Shown here in pieces: positions 47,778-58,700 of a stretch of 64,000 nucleotides of DNA. Position numbers and translations under genes: made by a program. The DNA lies in IMG/VR virus record IMGVR_UViG_2930438282_000003, positions 1-64,000 of that record; one strand, written 5' to 3'. Source of the stretch: a virus (taxonomy: Duplodnaviria > Caudoviricetes). Each line of letters starts with the position of its first letter. Within the stretch, counting starts at the first letter, position 1. The notes beneath the pieces are model-generated. The model saw nothing but the letters and a program-made list of their open reading frames with translations, had not been told where the DNA came from and ran no database searches.

Positions 47778-50700
47778 CCCGCACCAGCTGTTGGAGCAGG
47801 CCGAGGAGACCGTCGCCGAAGAGGTCAGCGCCGTCCTGCAGGCGGTCGCCGACGAGTTCGCGGCGGCCCTGGAGAACGCCGACGAGATCGTGGCCGCCAG
47901 GTTCTCCGTCTCGCGGATCGCCCGCATGTTCACGGACCGCATGCCGCGCATCGTGCGCCGCCTCCTCCGCGTCTCCGAGCAGGCCGCCCAGCAGGCCGCC
48001 GACACGACCGAGGGTGAGTTGCCTCCGGAGTGGGAGGACCTGCCCGGCCGGTACGACGACGGCCGCGACCTCCCCCCTGCCATGAGTGACTACGTCGACG
48101 TCACCGAGCACCTGCTGCGCGCCGTCGGCGACCGGCTGGCGGCCGTGGCCCGCGACGAGCTCGCCGCCGGTGTCGACGCAGGGGAGACCATCGAGCAGCT
48201 GAGGGCCCGCCTCCGCGAGGCGTTCGCCCGCGAGGGCGCCCAGCTCGGCGACATGCGTGAAGAGCGCATCGCCCGCACAGAAGCCGGCCGGGCCTGGAAC
48301 ACCGCCACGCTGGGCGCGGCCCGCGACGCCACCGGCACCCTGGCGCCGATCGTGAAGCAGTGGCTGTCCCGCCGCGACGACCGTGTACGCCACGATCATG
48401 CCGGGGCCAACGGGCAGATCCAGCTCCTCGACGACCCGTTCACCGTCGGCGGGATCGAGATGGACGCCCCGCACGACCCGACCGCACCGGCCTCCCAAGT
48501 CGTGAACTGCCGGTGCATCCTGGCCGTACATCCCGAAACCAGCGCATCTGCCTACGAATCGCAAGCGCTAAAGTGCTCTGAAGGCTTCGAATCGCAGGAA
48601 ACCCAGACCGCCGCTGCGGACGATGACCATCTGCAGGGCGCCATGGTCGCCCTCATGCCCAGCACTGAGGACGCCGCCCGCCTGGCCCTCGAAGGCGGCG
48701 AAGCGGCCGAAGAGCTGCACTGCACGATGTTCTTCCTCGGCGACGACGCCTCCCAGTGGAGCACCGGCGAGCGCACCGAGTTCATCCGCGCCCTGGAAGC
48801 GGCCGTCTCCGACCTTGGCGGGCCCGTCCTGGCCAAGGCCACCGGCACCGCCCATTGGAACACCGACAGCGACAAGCCGTCCTGGGTGTGGACTATCAGC
48901 GACCAGGCCGAGGACGGCCCCACCCTCGGCGACGCCCGAGCGGCCGTCACCGTCGCCCTGGAAGACACCCACCACCCCGAGCTGCCCCGCCAGCACTCGC
49001 CCTGGACCGCGCATACCTGCGGGGTCTACACGGCCGAAGCCTGGCCGTACGAGCCCATGACCGAACGCGTCGGCCCGGTCACCTTCGACCGGCTGCGCGT
49101 CGCGTTCGGAGACGAGCACACGGACATCCCCCTCGGCCCCCAGCAGGAGGAAGAAGCCATGCCCGAAGCCGTACAGGCCGCCGCGGCCCTGTCGGTCCGC
49201 ACCTGGTCCACGCCCGACGACACGGCGATCGCCTTCGAAGATCAGCAGACCGGTGACGGCCGGATCTTCAAGTCCGGCGCCCTGAAGTGGGACCGCCGCC
49301 CGATGCCGCTGCAGTACGCCGACGAGATGCTGATGGGCCACGAGGGCGCCGAACTCGCCGGGGCCATCAAGACGGTGAAGCGGGACGGCAACCGCATCAC
49401 CGCCTCCGGGGTGCTGTACGCGACCCGTTCGGCCGGGGCGGACGCCATCCAGCTCCTCGACGAGGACGCGCCCCTCGGCATCAGCGTCGACCTGGACGAC
49501 GTGGACATCGAGTTCGTCGACAACACTCTCAGCCCGGAAGACGCCGACTGGCTGTTCGCGTCGGCCCGGCTCCCGCAGGCGAGCGTGCTGCGCCTCGACG
49601 ACGGCTCCGTCATGCTGTCGGGTACGACCCGCGCCGAATGGACCGCATCCGAGGGGGCGTTCTCCCGGTCCCGCTACGACCTCCAGCTCATCACCGGCCC
49701 GGGCGGCGCCCTCAACGCGTCAGGCATCCAGAACGCGTTCGCCGGTATCGGTGTCCTCGCCGCGGCCGCCGGCGACGCCGACGACCCCGAGCAGGGCCTC
49801 GTCGTCTACTCGCAGAAGTCCGGCGAGTTCGTCATGCGGATCACCCGCGCCCGCCTGCGCGGCGCCACCCTCGTGGCCATGCCCGCCTTCAAGGACGCCC
49901 GGATCGTCCTCGACCCGGCCGAGGAGACCGCCGCGGTGGTGCCGCTCGTCACCGCGACAGGCGACACCCGGGACCGCGTGGTCACCTACGTGTGCACGTC
50001 CCCGGCCGCCGTCGGCGCCCGCGACGTCTCCAAGGCCCTCGGCATGGCCATGAGCACCGCCCGAGGACACCTCAACGCCGCAGCGAAGAGCGGCCGGATC
50101 ATCCGGCTCGTCCCCGGCCTGTTCTGCGGCCCCTCCTCGATGCCCGAAGGTGAAGCCGCGGCGCCTGACGACGACCTGGAGGCCTCCGCGTGGACGGCGA
50201 TGGAGGACGCGCCGCCCATGCCCGCCGCCTGGTTCCAGGAGCCCACCATGGAGGAGCTGCCGCCCGGCTCCGGGGGCGTCCACTACAAGGACGGCCGCGT
50301 ATACGGCTGGGTCGCCCAGGCCGGGGATCCGCACGCCGGGTATCCCGGGAAGAACCTCACGATCGAAAGCCTCGGCGGGATCGACCTCACGCACTTCCTG
50401 CGCGCCCGGTTCCTCCTCGACGACGGCGCCTACGTGAAGGCGGGGGCGATGACGATGAACGTCGGCCACCACCGCGACGGCGCCGAATGCGAGACCGCCA
50501 GCTGCCAGTTCGACGACACCCGCACCGTCGCCGCGATCGTCACCGTCGGCATGAACGAGCGCGGCCTGTGGTTCTCCGGCGCGGCCGGCCCGTGGCTGTC
50601 CGACTGGGACCGCCGAGTGTTCTCCGCCTGCCAGCCCAGCTACCACATGAAGCAGGGCCGTGACGGGTGCTGGCAGCTCCGCGCCGTCCTCTCCGTGCCG

Positions 50701-51060
50701 GTGCCCGGGCACTCGTCGCCGCTCCTCGCCACCGCGGTCGCCGAACGCGCGAACCTCGCCCTGGCCGCGTCCGCAGCGTTCTCGGACACCATCCCCGGAC
50801 AACGCCAGGACACTGCCCCGACGGTCCCCGCGAGCTCCGCCGAGGGCACCCCTGACCTGCCCGGACAGCGCCCGGACAGCGTGTCCGGACAGGTACCGGA
50901 CATCGACGTGGACCGGCTGATCGCCGCCCTGACCGACGGGCCGTTCGTCGACCGGCTCGCCACGGCCATCGAGCGCCGAGAAGCAGAACGCCGCGACGAA
51001 CTCGAAGCCATGGCCGCACTCGTGGCCGCCGACACCACCACGCAGAACGGAGCGAACTGA
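47770..51060 (+). CDS. MuF-like minor head protein fused to 2H-like, prohead-protease-like and wHTH domains
   Basis: KQWLSRRDDRVRHDH...VVNCRC (MuF); LHCT...AHTC; TGDGRIF...GHEGA...GISVDLD...TLVAMPAF (protease-like). Confidence 0.78.
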   Translation: MADPHQLLEQAEETVAEEVSAVLQAVADEFAAALENADEIVAARFSVSRIARMFTDRMPRIVRRLLRVSEQAAQQAADTTEGELPPEWEDLPGRYDDGRDLPPAMSDYVDVTEHLLRAVGDRLAAVARDELAAGVDAGETIEQLRARLREAFAREGAQLGDMREERIARTEAGRAWNTATLGAARDATGTLAPIVKQWLSRRDDRVRHDHAGANGQIQLLDDPFTVGGIEMDAPHDPTAPASQVVNCRCILAVHPETSASAYESQALKCSEGFESQETQTAAADDDHLQGAMVALMPSTEDAARLALEGGEAAEELHCTMFFLGDDASQWSTGERTEFIRALEAAVSDLGGPVLAKATGTAHWNTDSDKPSWVWTISDQAEDGPTLGDARAAVTVALEDTHHPELPRQHSPWTAHTCGVYTAEAWPYEPMTERVGPVTFDRLRVAFGDEHTDIPLGPQQEEEAMPEAVQAAAALSVRTWSTPDDTAIAFEDQQTGDGRIFKSGALKWDRRPMPLQYADEMLMGHEGAELAGAIKTVKRDGNRITASGVLYATRSAGADAIQLLDEDAPLGISVDLDDVDIEFVDNTLSPEDADWLFASARLPQASVLRLDDGSVMLSGTTRAEWTASEGAFSRSRYDLQLITGPGGALNASGIQNAFAGIGVLAAAAGDADDPEQGLVVYSQKSGEFVMRITRARLRGATLVAMPAFKDARIVLDPAEETAAVVPLVTATGDTRDRVVTYVCTSPAAVGARDVSKALGMAMSTARGHLNAAAKSGRIIRLVPGLFCGPSSMPEGEAAAPDDDLEASAWTAMEDAPPMPAAWFQEPTMEELPPGSGGVHYKDGRVYGWVAQAGDPHAGYPGKNLTIESLGGIDLTHFLRARFLLDDGAYVKAGAMTMNVGHHRDGAECETASCQFDDTRTVAAIVTVGMNERGLWFSGAAGPWLSDWDRRVFSACQPSYHMKQGRDGCWQLRAVLSVPVPGHSSPLLATAVAERANLALAASAAFSDTIPGQRQDTAPTVPASSAEGTPDLPGQRPDSVSGQVPDIDVDRLIAALTDGPFVDRLATAIERREAERRDELEAMAALVAADTTTQNGAN

Positions 51061-51061
51061 C

Positions 51062-51277
51062 ATGGGATGCAACTGCGGGAGCAAGAACCGCCAGACGTTC
51101 GAGGTCGTCACCAACGGCGGGAGTGGACGAGTCGTCTTCTCCTCCGCCAGCAAGCCCACCGCCGCCACCGTGTCCGGCCGGTACGCGGGCAGTGTCGTCC
51201 GTGACAAGGAGACCGGCGACATCGTGCACACCAACGGCGACGCGAAGACCGTTCAAGACACTCCAGCCGACGCGTAG
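51062..51277 (+). CDS. Small MGCNCG-type actinophage head-region protein
   Basis: N-terminal MGCNCG; immediately follows the head protein gene. Confidence 0.7.
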   Translation: MGCNCGSKNRQTFEVVTNGGSGRVVFSSASKPTAATVSGRYAGSVVRDKETGDIVHTNGDAKTVQDTPADA

Positions 51278-51343
51278 CGCGCATACGCGAAACGGTGGAC
51301 GCTCACCCCCTGAAGCTGATGTCCTAGCTTCAGGGGGTGAGCG

Positions 51344-51853
51344 ATGTCAGACAGCTCCGAGAGCAGCCGCGATGCGAGGCCGCAGCAGCCCAGTCGCGTG
51401 CCGCGAAGCCGTGACGTGGCACCACGACCCGTGCCAGAGGACTTAAACACCGTCGCAGTGGCGCACCGCATGCCCACGGAAGCCATGCTCGCTGGTGCGC
51501 TCACTGCATACGTCGCAACGCCCCTGCTACAGGCATTCATCTCGCACTTGGGATCGGACTCATACCAGACATTTCGCGGTTGGATGAGTTCCCTTTCGAA
51601 ACGACTACGGCGACAGCCGCGCGAGCTTCAGGGAACTTGGCAGATCACGGTCTTCCTGGCCCGTAATCAGTACCGGGTCGAACTTCCCGGCGACTTGCCA
51701 GAGATCGCACACCAGGGACTGGTACGCGACTTTGAACGACTGATGGCAGAGAGCGACGAGCAGTTCCCGTTGCGCATCGTCTGGAATACGGCCAAGCAGG
51801 AGTGGGTCAAGAAGCCCGAACCAGGTCCTCGACGACGTCCCGCCGGCCAATGA
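51344..51853 (+). CDS. Lower-GC hypothetical protein (moron)
   Basis: 169 aa; flanked by 15-bp direct repeats and preceded by an 18-bp hairpin. Confidence 0.6.
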   Translation: MSDSSESSRDARPQQPSRVPRSRDVAPRPVPEDLNTVAVAHRMPTEAMLAGALTAYVATPLLQAFISHLGSDSYQTFRGWMSSLSKRLRRQPRELQGTWQITVFLARNQYRVELPGDLPEIAHQGLVRDFERLMAESDEQFPLRIVWNTAKQEWVKKPEPGPRRRPAGQ

Positions 51854-51979
51854 AGACACGAAGTACATCAAGGGCCGGCAGCCGACCTGTGGCGCTCATC
51901 CCCCGAAACGGTGGACGCGCAGTAGCGGTGCCGCCCCTGGGACACGATGCTGCATCCCAGAGGCGACTACGCGCTGCCG

Positions 51980-52246
51980 CTACTTGTCGAGCCTGACGGG
52001 ATCCTCCTCGTCCTGGGCCACCGCCGGGGTCCGGCGGAACACAGTGGCGAGGATGCCGATCGCGGCACTGCTCACGGTGGCGACTGCAGTCGCCGCGTCC
52101 GGCGTAACGGCGCCGGTCACGACGCTGACGCCCAGGGTGAGAGCCGCCGCCGCGACGCTCCCGGCGATGAGCCGATTGCGCTTTCGGAGCGTGAGGCTCG
52201 TCTCGTTCGTCTTGCGCTCAGTACGTCCAGCACTACGGTGGTGCAC
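51980..52246 (-). CDS. Small two-TM membrane protein
   Basis: GAAAGG SD; hydrophobic hairpin; preceded by the same leader hairpin as 26171 and 43951. Confidence 0.55.
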   Translation of the reverse strand: MHHRSAGRTERKTNETSLTLRKRNRLIAGSVAAAALTLGVSVVTGAVTPDAATAVATVSSAAIGILATVFRRTPAVAQDEEDPVRLDK

Positions 52247-52756
52247 GGGTAGAGACCTTTCTGGTCCTCACGCATATGCCCGGCGGCCCCCTGTTCCAGC
52301 AGGGGGCCGCAGCCATGCCGGGGCGCGGCTGCGGCCAAAGGCCTGTAGGAGCACCCCTGTTGGGTGCCACGAGAATTGCCTCACCCCGGTGACCGCAAAA
52401 GCAACAAACGTGGCCTCGGTCACAGTTGTTCAATCGACCGCTCCATTACCCGCGTCCGGGGGCTTACCGGCGTACGCTCACGACCTTTTCACGGCCTCCG
52501 ACGTGCAGCGATGCGCGGCGACTTCGCCTACGCCATCACGAGATCGATGGCCAACAAACCTACTTTCGACAGGTGTGCGACTGTGGGCCATGTCACGGCA
52601 TCGGGGCGCGGAATAGCGCCCTCCGCCAACCCTCTTTTCCGCACTCCAACCGAAAGGACGGGGGGACCACAACCGACACGGTGAGGCTAAGATCCTCGCT
52701 AGACGACTGCTGGTTATGGGCCGGGTCTTCCAGATCGATCGCTGGAGAACCTGCCC

Positions 52757-54412
52757 ATGGACGACTTCCAGATTCCCGAGGACATCCGCGCTCTCGACGA
52801 CGCCCAACTCGCTGAGGCGCTCGCCGGCGCCACCCAGGCCTTCCAGGCCCTGTCGTCCCAGACCCGCATCGACGACTCGACGATGGGGCAGCTGCGTGCC
52901 CTGTCGACGTGCGTTCAGGACATCCGGCAGGAGCAGTCCGACCGTATCTCCGCCGCCGAGGCCGCCGCCGACGAGATCGAGCAGCTCGCCGCGCAGGTCC
53001 GTGGAGACGACCCGGCTGCCCACGTCGAGGAGACCCCGGCCGAGCCGACCACCGCCGCAGCCGAACCCGCGGCCGAGCCCGGCCCGGCCGCTTCCGAGCC
53101 GGCCAACGAGCCGCAGGCCACCGCGACCGCCTCCCTTGCCCGCCCCTCCCTCGACCTGTCCCTGGTGAGGCGCCGTCAGACACGCGTCCTCCCGGAGCCG
53201 CCCGCCCCGGGCACCGTCATCACCGCCGCCGTCGACGTCCCCGGCTACACGCCAGGCGCCGAACTCGACTTCAACCAGGTCACCGCGGGCGTCATCTCCC
53301 GCGCGAACGCCCTGAAGACCGCCGGTGGTGGCCTTGGACAGGTCATCAGCTACCACCACCCGTACCCGGAGGAGCTGATCGTCACGGACTCCTCGTCGGC
53401 GCCCGAGGGCACCGAGGTGGCGCTCCGCGCGGCCGACCAGTCTCGCCTCCCCGAGAAGGACCTCGTGGCGTCCGGAGGCTGGTGCGCGCCGTCAGAGACC
53501 GTGTACGAGCTGACGTCGGTCGCCTGTCCCGACATGCTGTGGGACGCGCCGGAAATCCAGCTCGCCCGTGGCGGCCTGCGGTACTACAAGACGCCGTCGC
53601 TGGACGTCGCGGCGATGACGTTCGTGCACACCGAGGCCGACGACATCTCCGGTGCGACGAAGCCGTGCTTCAAGATCCCGTGCCCGGACCCGGTGGAGAT
53701 GCGCTGTGACGCGGTCGGTGTCTGCCTGGAGGCGGGCATCCTGACTCAGCGCCACTTCCCGGAGCTGGTCAACTGGTACCTGCGGAACGCGATGGTGGCG
53801 CACGAGATCCGCCTCCGCTCGGTCCTATTCTCGCAGGCCCTGGCCACCGCCACCCCCGTCACCCTCACGGAGACGTTCGGCGCGATCTCGGCGATCTTCG
53901 CGGCCGTCGCCCTACAGGCCGCCGACATGGTCGAGCGCCACTCGTTCTGTGACTCGATCTCCCTGGAGGTCGTGTTCCCGTGGTGGTCGCGGAACCTGTT
54001 CCTCGCCGACCTGGCGCGCCGTAACGGCGTCAGCATCGACGAGGTCACCACCGCCGACGTGCAGAGCGTATTCCGGCCGCTCGGGGTCCGCATCCAGTGG
54101 GCGCGGAACCTGATCGCCCCGAACGTCACCGGCGCGACGATGGGCCAGACCGCCCCGGCGACGGCCTGGCCTGCCGAGATCAAGTTCCTGATCTACCCGT
54201 CCGGCCAGCTGCAGATCGGCCGTGGCGAAGAGGTCAACCTCGGCGTCATCCACGACTCGACGAAGTTCTCCACCAATGACTACACCGCGCTGTTCTCGGA
54301 GGAGTGTGTCGGTCTCGTGGACCGCTCCGTCGACACCCGCGTCGTCACCGTTCCCGTCTGCCCGTCCGGTGAGACCGGCGCGCAGACCCTGATGGCCTGC
54401 CCCGCAGCCTGA
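52757..54412 (+). CDS. Major capsid protein with N-terminal scaffold-like region
   Basis: Coiled-coil plus Ala/Glu/Pro linker, then ASGGWCAPSETVY and LGVIHDS...NDYTALFSEE motifs of actinophage capsids. Confidence 0.85.
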   Translation: MDDFQIPEDIRALDDAQLAEALAGATQAFQALSSQTRIDDSTMGQLRALSTCVQDIRQEQSDRISAAEAAADEIEQLAAQVRGDDPAAHVEETPAEPTTAAAEPAAEPGPAASEPANEPQATATASLARPSLDLSLVRRRQTRVLPEPPAPGTVITAAVDVPGYTPGAELDFNQVTAGVISRANALKTAGGGLGQVISYHHPYPEELIVTDSSSAPEGTEVALRAADQSRLPEKDLVASGGWCAPSETVYELTSVACPDMLWDAPEIQLARGGLRYYKTPSLDVAAMTFVHTEADDISGATKPCFKIPCPDPVEMRCDAVGVCLEAGILTQRHFPELVNWYLRNAMVAHEIRLRSVLFSQALATATPVTLTETFGAISAIFAAVALQAADMVERHSFCDSISLEVVFPWWSRNLFLADLARRNGVSIDEVTTADVQSVFRPLGVRIQWARNLIAPNVTGATMGQTAPATAWPAEIKFLIYPSGQLQIGRGEEVNLGVIHDSTKFSTNDYTALFSEECVGLVDRSVDTRVVTVPVCPSGETGAQTLMACPAA

Positions 54413-54431
54413 CCCCTCGCCCGCCCCATCA

Positions 54432-54466
54432 CGTGCCGGGCCCGTTCCTGACGCGGGCCCGGCACG
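54432..54466 (+). terminator. Hairpin after the major capsid gene
   Basis: CGTGCCGGGCCCG / CGGGCCCGGCACG. Confidence 0.7.
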
Positions 54467-54494
54467 CCCCGATTTGAAGAGACGGAGGCGCGCA

Positions 54495-55337
54495 ATGGCT
54501 GCCGGCCTGCGGAAGTACGTCGAGGCCATCCCCGGCAGGCCTCTGCCGCACGGGATCCTCCTCAACACCTGTACTGACGTCCGTGACGTCACCGACGAAC
54601 ACGAGCTGCTCGGCATCGAATGGCTCGGCTTGGGCTGCTGCCCGGTCAACGTGTGGCGCGACCCGTGCACCGACGAGTCCCTCGGGGGCGAATCGCCGGG
54701 CCAGCCGCCGCAGAAGGAGTTCTGCAGGCCGACCGCTGAGCACGCCGACCCGATCACGGTGTACGCGGGCGCCGAGTGCTCCACGATGGGCTGGACGTAC
54801 GCGGAGGCCCGCACCCACGCCGAGGCGTCGTTGGAGCTCGGCGAGCAGGAAGCCGTCGAGGCCGGGTTCTGGACGAACACGTTGGCCATGACCGCGCAGG
54901 ACCTCACCCCTGCGGCCGGGCCGGTGAACATCGCCCAGGGCGTGGCCGCGCTGGAGGGCTGCCTGGCCGAGCAGTACGGCGGCGTCGGCACACTCCACGT
55001 CCCGGCCGGCGCTGCCGCGGTGCTGGGCTGCTGCAACCTCGTCCACCGCGACGGGAACGGCTCGTTGAGCACGCTCGCGGGGAACTGCGCGGTGATCGGC
55101 GCCGGATACAGCGCCATGAACACCGGCCCCGGGAACATCCCGGCCGATCCGGGCACGGCGTGGCTGTACATCACCGGGCCGGTCGTCGTGCGGCGCGGTC
55201 CGACCGTGACGATCCCGGACCGGCCGGGAGCGTCGGTGAACATCCGCACGAACGACCTCAGGGTTCTGGTCGAGCGGTCGTACGTCGTGGCCACGACCTG
55301 TGTGGTCTGCGCGATCCAGGTGGTGACTTGTCCATGA
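54495..55337 (+). CDS. Putative second (minor or pentamer-type) capsid protein
   Basis: GGAGG SD; TVYAGAECSTMG, GEQEAVEAGFW, WLYITGPV, VERSYVV; follows the major capsid gene as in some actinophages. Confidence 0.55.
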   Translation: MAAGLRKYVEAIPGRPLPHGILLNTCTDVRDVTDEHELLGIEWLGLGCCPVNVWRDPCTDESLGGESPGQPPQKEFCRPTAEHADPITVYAGAECSTMGWTYAEARTHAEASLELGEQEAVEAGFWTNTLAMTAQDLTPAAGPVNIAQGVAALEGCLAEQYGGVGTLHVPAGAAAVLGCCNLVHRDGNGSLSTLAGNCAVIGAGYSAMNTGPGNIPADPGTAWLYITGPVVVRRGPTVTIPDRPGASVNIRTNDLRVLVERSYVVATTCVVCAIQVVTCP

Positions 55338-55768
55338 CAGATCTGATTCGTGTGCGGCCGATCCGGGCCCGCCTCGTCGACTTCGCCCGCTGGGCCGTCG
55401 CCCAGACCCCCAAGGTGCGCACCGTGTCGACGAACACTTTCGCCGTCCCACTGCACCTGTTCACCCACATGCCCGAGACGCTGCTGATCGACTCCATCGT
55501 CGACGGCCACCGCTACATCAGCCCCGACGAAGACCAGGAGTCCGCCCAGCCGGAACCGGCGACGATCCCCGGCCCGGACTCCACGCCGCTGCCACCGCCG
55601 GACTTCGCGCCCCTCGAGGACGCCCCCACCGACTACGGCGGCAGCGACCCGGACGACGAGCTGGCCGAGGAGTCCGGCGGTCGGTACGCGTGCGGCGACT
55701 GCCCGCGCGACTTCTCCACGAAGCGGGGGCGGGACCTGCACCGCCGCCAGGCACACCGGGAGGATTGA
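55334..55768 (+). CDS. Hypothetical protein with C-terminal C2H2 zinc finger
   Basis: YACGDCPRDFSTKRGRDLHRRQAH; ATGA overlap. Confidence 0.7.
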   Translation: MTDLIRVRPIRARLVDFARWAVAQTPKVRTVSTNTFAVPLHLFTHMPETLLIDSIVDGHRYISPDEDQESAQPEPATIPGPDSTPLPPPDFAPLEDAPTDYGGSDPDDELAEESGGRYACGDCPRDFSTKRGRDLHRRQAHRED

Positions 55769-55772
55769 CGCC

Positions 55773-58700
55773 GTGGCCGTTGAGCCCATTCCGTGCAAGG
55801 ACGGCGGAGGCGGCACGCCCGTCGACGTCACTACCTGCTGTTCTCCGTCGATCGCCTCAGCTCCCCTGTGCCGCGCGGATGGGACGGGCGTGCTCCTCGT
55901 CGTCCGCTCGGGCTGCGTCGAGTGCGGTCAGGCCGCCGAGGACCCGGCGGTCGTCGGCTGGATCGATCCGGCAAGCGGCGCGTTCACCGCAGGCCCGGCC
56001 CCCGCCGATGCCGGCCCGTGCGAGGCCGGATGCGTCGACACCGTCTGCCGCCAACTGTGCGACGACACCGATGGCGACGGCCAGGCCGACGCCACCTACT
56101 CGGAACTGTGGTGCATCCGCGCAGACGGCTCCGCCGAGCTGGTCCTCACCTACCAGGACGACCCGTCCACGCCGTACACGCCCACGGCGCCCGTCGCCTG
56201 CACCTACGGCTGCCCCGAGTCCGAGACGGTGACCCTGTGCGACGCAAACGGCCCGTTCCTGCGCCGGTACAGCTTCCTCAACGGGACCGCCACGTACGAG
56301 GACGTCGCCCTCGACGGACAGACCCCGCACGTCGTCACCGGCACCGTCGGCGTCTGTCCGGCCGCCCCCGAGTGTGAGGCGCAGACGACCCCCGCTGCGA
56401 CGCTCGGCCTGTGCCTCGCCGACGGCACACCCATCGCCGTGGTGGTCACCCGCGACTGCGACGGCGCCACGACCCAGGACGGATGGCTCAACCTCACCAC
56501 CGGCGCCTACTCGGCCGGGGAACCACCGGCCGGAACGATGGCGTGCGGCAATCCGCGCAGCATCAGCACCACGGGCACCTTCTGCGACATCGACCCCAGC
56601 GGCGGGGTCCTCGGCCTGGTGCTGATCGAGTACACCTACGGCGCGGACGGCGCGGTCGCCGCGGTGCGCCTGGTCGACGCGACCACCGGCCAGACGTACA
56701 CCCCGCAAGGCGAAGTGACGACGTGTCCGGCCGACGTCGAGCAACCCGAACGGGACCTCGTCCAGCTCTGCGACACCGCCGCCGACGGCACCGTGACCGC
56801 GTTCGTGCGGGACTACGCCCGCGACGAGAACGGCGCCATCACCGGCCACACGGACTACTTGCTGGACGGCACCGCCTACACGCCGACCGGCTCTGTCGGC
56901 ATCTGCCAGTCGGAGACGTGCGGGGCGTGCGAAACGCTGCTCCTGTGCGACGTCGACGCCGCGTCCCCGTCCACCCTCGCCGGTACGGCCGCGTCCGGGA
57001 CACTGGCCAACGGTGTCACCTGGACGTCCACGGGCCCTTCGGCCTTCCCGCCGGGCACGCAGGGCGACGGCGCCGCCTGGTGGGGCCCGGCCCTCTTCCC
57101 CAACCCGAACGTCCCCCTGACAACGTTCACGTTCGACCAGCCCGTCACGGCCGAGTTCAGCGTCGTGATGGTCTATTCGACCGGCACCGGAGCCGGGGAG
57201 AACACCGTTCAGCTGCCGGCCGGGGCCGTCCCGCTCAGCCTGCCGCCCGGCTACACCTACAACCGGGCCACCGGCATCCTGCGCGCGGACGCCACCCTCA
57301 CCGGCTGCACCACCCTCAACACCCCCACCCGCGCGGCCAGCGCACGTTTCCGCGTCACGGGAGTGTCCTCCTTCGCGCTCAAGTACCTGGGCACAAGGAC
57401 CCTCCTCGTCGACTGCCGGCGGTTCGGCAACTGGGTGTTCGGCGCCGTGGACGTCTCCATCGGCGGGCAGTTCCTGCGCACGGTGTGCCGGGACTGCACC
57501 GGGGCCGTCACCTCGACCACGGACACGCTCCTCGACGCGGCAACGCCGTATGCGCCGGTTGGCACGGTCGGACAGTGCCAGCCGGCACAGGCGTCCGGGG
57601 ACACAGAGGTTGTCCAGCTGTGCGACCTCCAGTACAGCCCGGCCCCGCCGATCCCCACCCCGTCGTCCTCGTTCACGCTCACCGGCTCGGTGCAGCTGCT
57701 CGGCGCGGCGCTGGTCTTCTCCGGCGGGAACCAGGCGGTAACTGGCGTCGCCACCAGGAGCGTCAGCGGCCTGGCGCCGACCGCCAGCTACGACCTGCTC
57801 TTCGACGCCGGGTGGAACGGGGTCGGCGCACCACCCGGAGCCGTGGATGCTATCTACCGCGTGGAGGTCCTGGACGGCACGACCGTCCTGGCCACCCGGG
57901 ACCGTAACCTCACCAACGGCAGCACCTCGGCCGGCCACGAGGGCATGGCCGCCCAGGACCCGCTGTCGTTCGTCGCGCCAGCATCGGGCACGGTCACCGT
58001 GCGGTTCACGGACCTCACCACCGGCGGCGGCATCAACCGCGACCTGTACATCAACACGCACACGGTTCAGACGTCCACACTGCAGCTCACCGCCGTGCCG
58101 TTCCTGCGTCTCCTCACCTTCCCGGCCGATGGCGGCGCCCCTACTGTCACGGACACCGGCCTCGACGGGACCACGCCGTACACCCCGGCCGGGACGGTCG
58201 GCGTGTGCCCGTCACCGGCAGAGGAGTCGCAGGAGCCCGTTCCGTGCCGGGACACCTCCAGCACCCTCCTGCGCGACACCGCCACAACCGACCTGATCAC
58301 CGTCTTCGACCCGGCGAACCGAGCGAGTTCGGATGGGTGGGAGGTCGTCTCGTTTACCGGCGCCAACCCGGGCAGTGGACCGCAGGCGGCAATGCCGTAC
58401 CCGGCCCCGTATGGCACCCCGTTCGGGTATCCGGCGCTCGGCGCCCGCGCCGACCAGTCCGCGGGCACAGGCAGCGGCGGGCCTTGGAGCACCTACGACG
58501 CTGCCCCCGTGCGGTGGGTTCTCCGGAAGACGTTCAACGCCCCGGAGGACGGCGTCGCAGTCGCCCAGAGCGTGGGCTTCCGCGGCGACGGTGGCGCCCG
58601 CGTCCGGATCAACGGCATCGACGCCGGCATGTACGGGCAGTGGAACCAGCCCGCCACCAGTGGTACCGCGCAGATCCCCGTGACGGCAGGACCGAACACG

